From Octopus sinensis (taxonomy: Eukaryota), in NCBI RefSeq assembly GCF_006345805.1, contig NW_021836373.1, forward strand, positions 1-24,441: a stretch of DNA of 24,441 nucleotides, in the 5' to 3' direction. The notes beneath the pieces were generated by a model. It worked only from the letters and a program-made list of their open reading frames with translations. It was not told the origin of the DNA and made no database searches. Position numbers and translations under genes: made by a program. This document shows, in pieces, positions 23,678 through 24,441 of the stretch; positions within the stretch are counted from its first letter, which is position 1, and each line of letters starts with the position of its first letter.

Positions 23678-23727
23678 CTTTATATTGACAGTCAGTTTCG
23701 GCAATTTCCGTTGCCTCATCAGTAAGG
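23678..23727 (-). ncRNA. Antisense hammerhead motif with intact core
   Basis: Minus strand: cctta-CUGAUGA-ggcaa(cggaaa)uugcc-GAAA-c(ugacu)g-UC^-aauauaaag. Perfect core and stem II; weak stem I. Confidence 0.65.
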
Positions 23728-23759
23728 ACTAATAGTCGCCATTCTTGATCGCTAAATCC

Positions 23760-23923
23760 ACAAGTTTTATTCTCTCTCGGTTTATTTTCTCTTATACCTT
23801 TCTGTTGAAGACTAGACTCGAAACGTAAATGTCTTTCTCACCTTCCAGAGCATCAAACTAATACACTTGCTTGTTGTTCATACACCTGTCTTCGTCTTTT
23901 GTTTCTCTGTAAATTTCAACAAC
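23760..23923 (+). mobile_element. Short interspersed-repeat-like fragment ending in (TA)n, possibly PLE-terminal
   Basis: T-rich segment containing ctgttgaagactagactcGAAAcgtaaatGTC (hammerhead-like spacing), running into (TA)n. Confidence 0.35.
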
Positions 23924-23935
23924 TATATATATATA

Positions 23936-24430
<495 letters not shown>

Positions 24431-24441
24431 ACATGCATGCA

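Overview
AT-rich, repeat-saturated animal DNA. It is most likely an octopod cephalopod, inferred from the SINE families and the microsatellite load. I see no host protein-coding gene, and nearly all short ORFs in the track are translations of microsatellites. Contents: (i) a ~6.2-kb tandem duplication (1-3913 matches ~6258-10125). Each copy carries a tRNA-SINE array, a 3' fragment of a Tx1-type LINE, a ~420-bp foldback and a ~1.38-kb non-autonomous Helitron. (ii) Two SINE families. (iii) A punctuated (GTAT)n array. (iv) An AT-rich Penelope-like element (PLE) on the minus strand, with an apparently intact minimal hammerhead ribozyme upstream. (v) A ~4-kb 5'-truncated Tx1/L1-clade LINE embedded in (GATA)n. 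(vi) A second, Penelope/Poseidon-type PLE followed by convergent hammerhead motifs. (vii) A perfect 125-bp inverted repeat inside (TA)n that contains a hammerhead-shaped motif with a non-canonical core. The most interesting signal is a shared 3'-terminal stem-loop/AATAAAGAAA module in the Tx1 LINE, a second Tx1 subfamily and the SINE, each sitting in a different target context. This suggests a Tx1-SINE partnership with target preference. The cluster of canonical and variant hammerhead motifs is the second main signal. All alignments and folds were done by eye.
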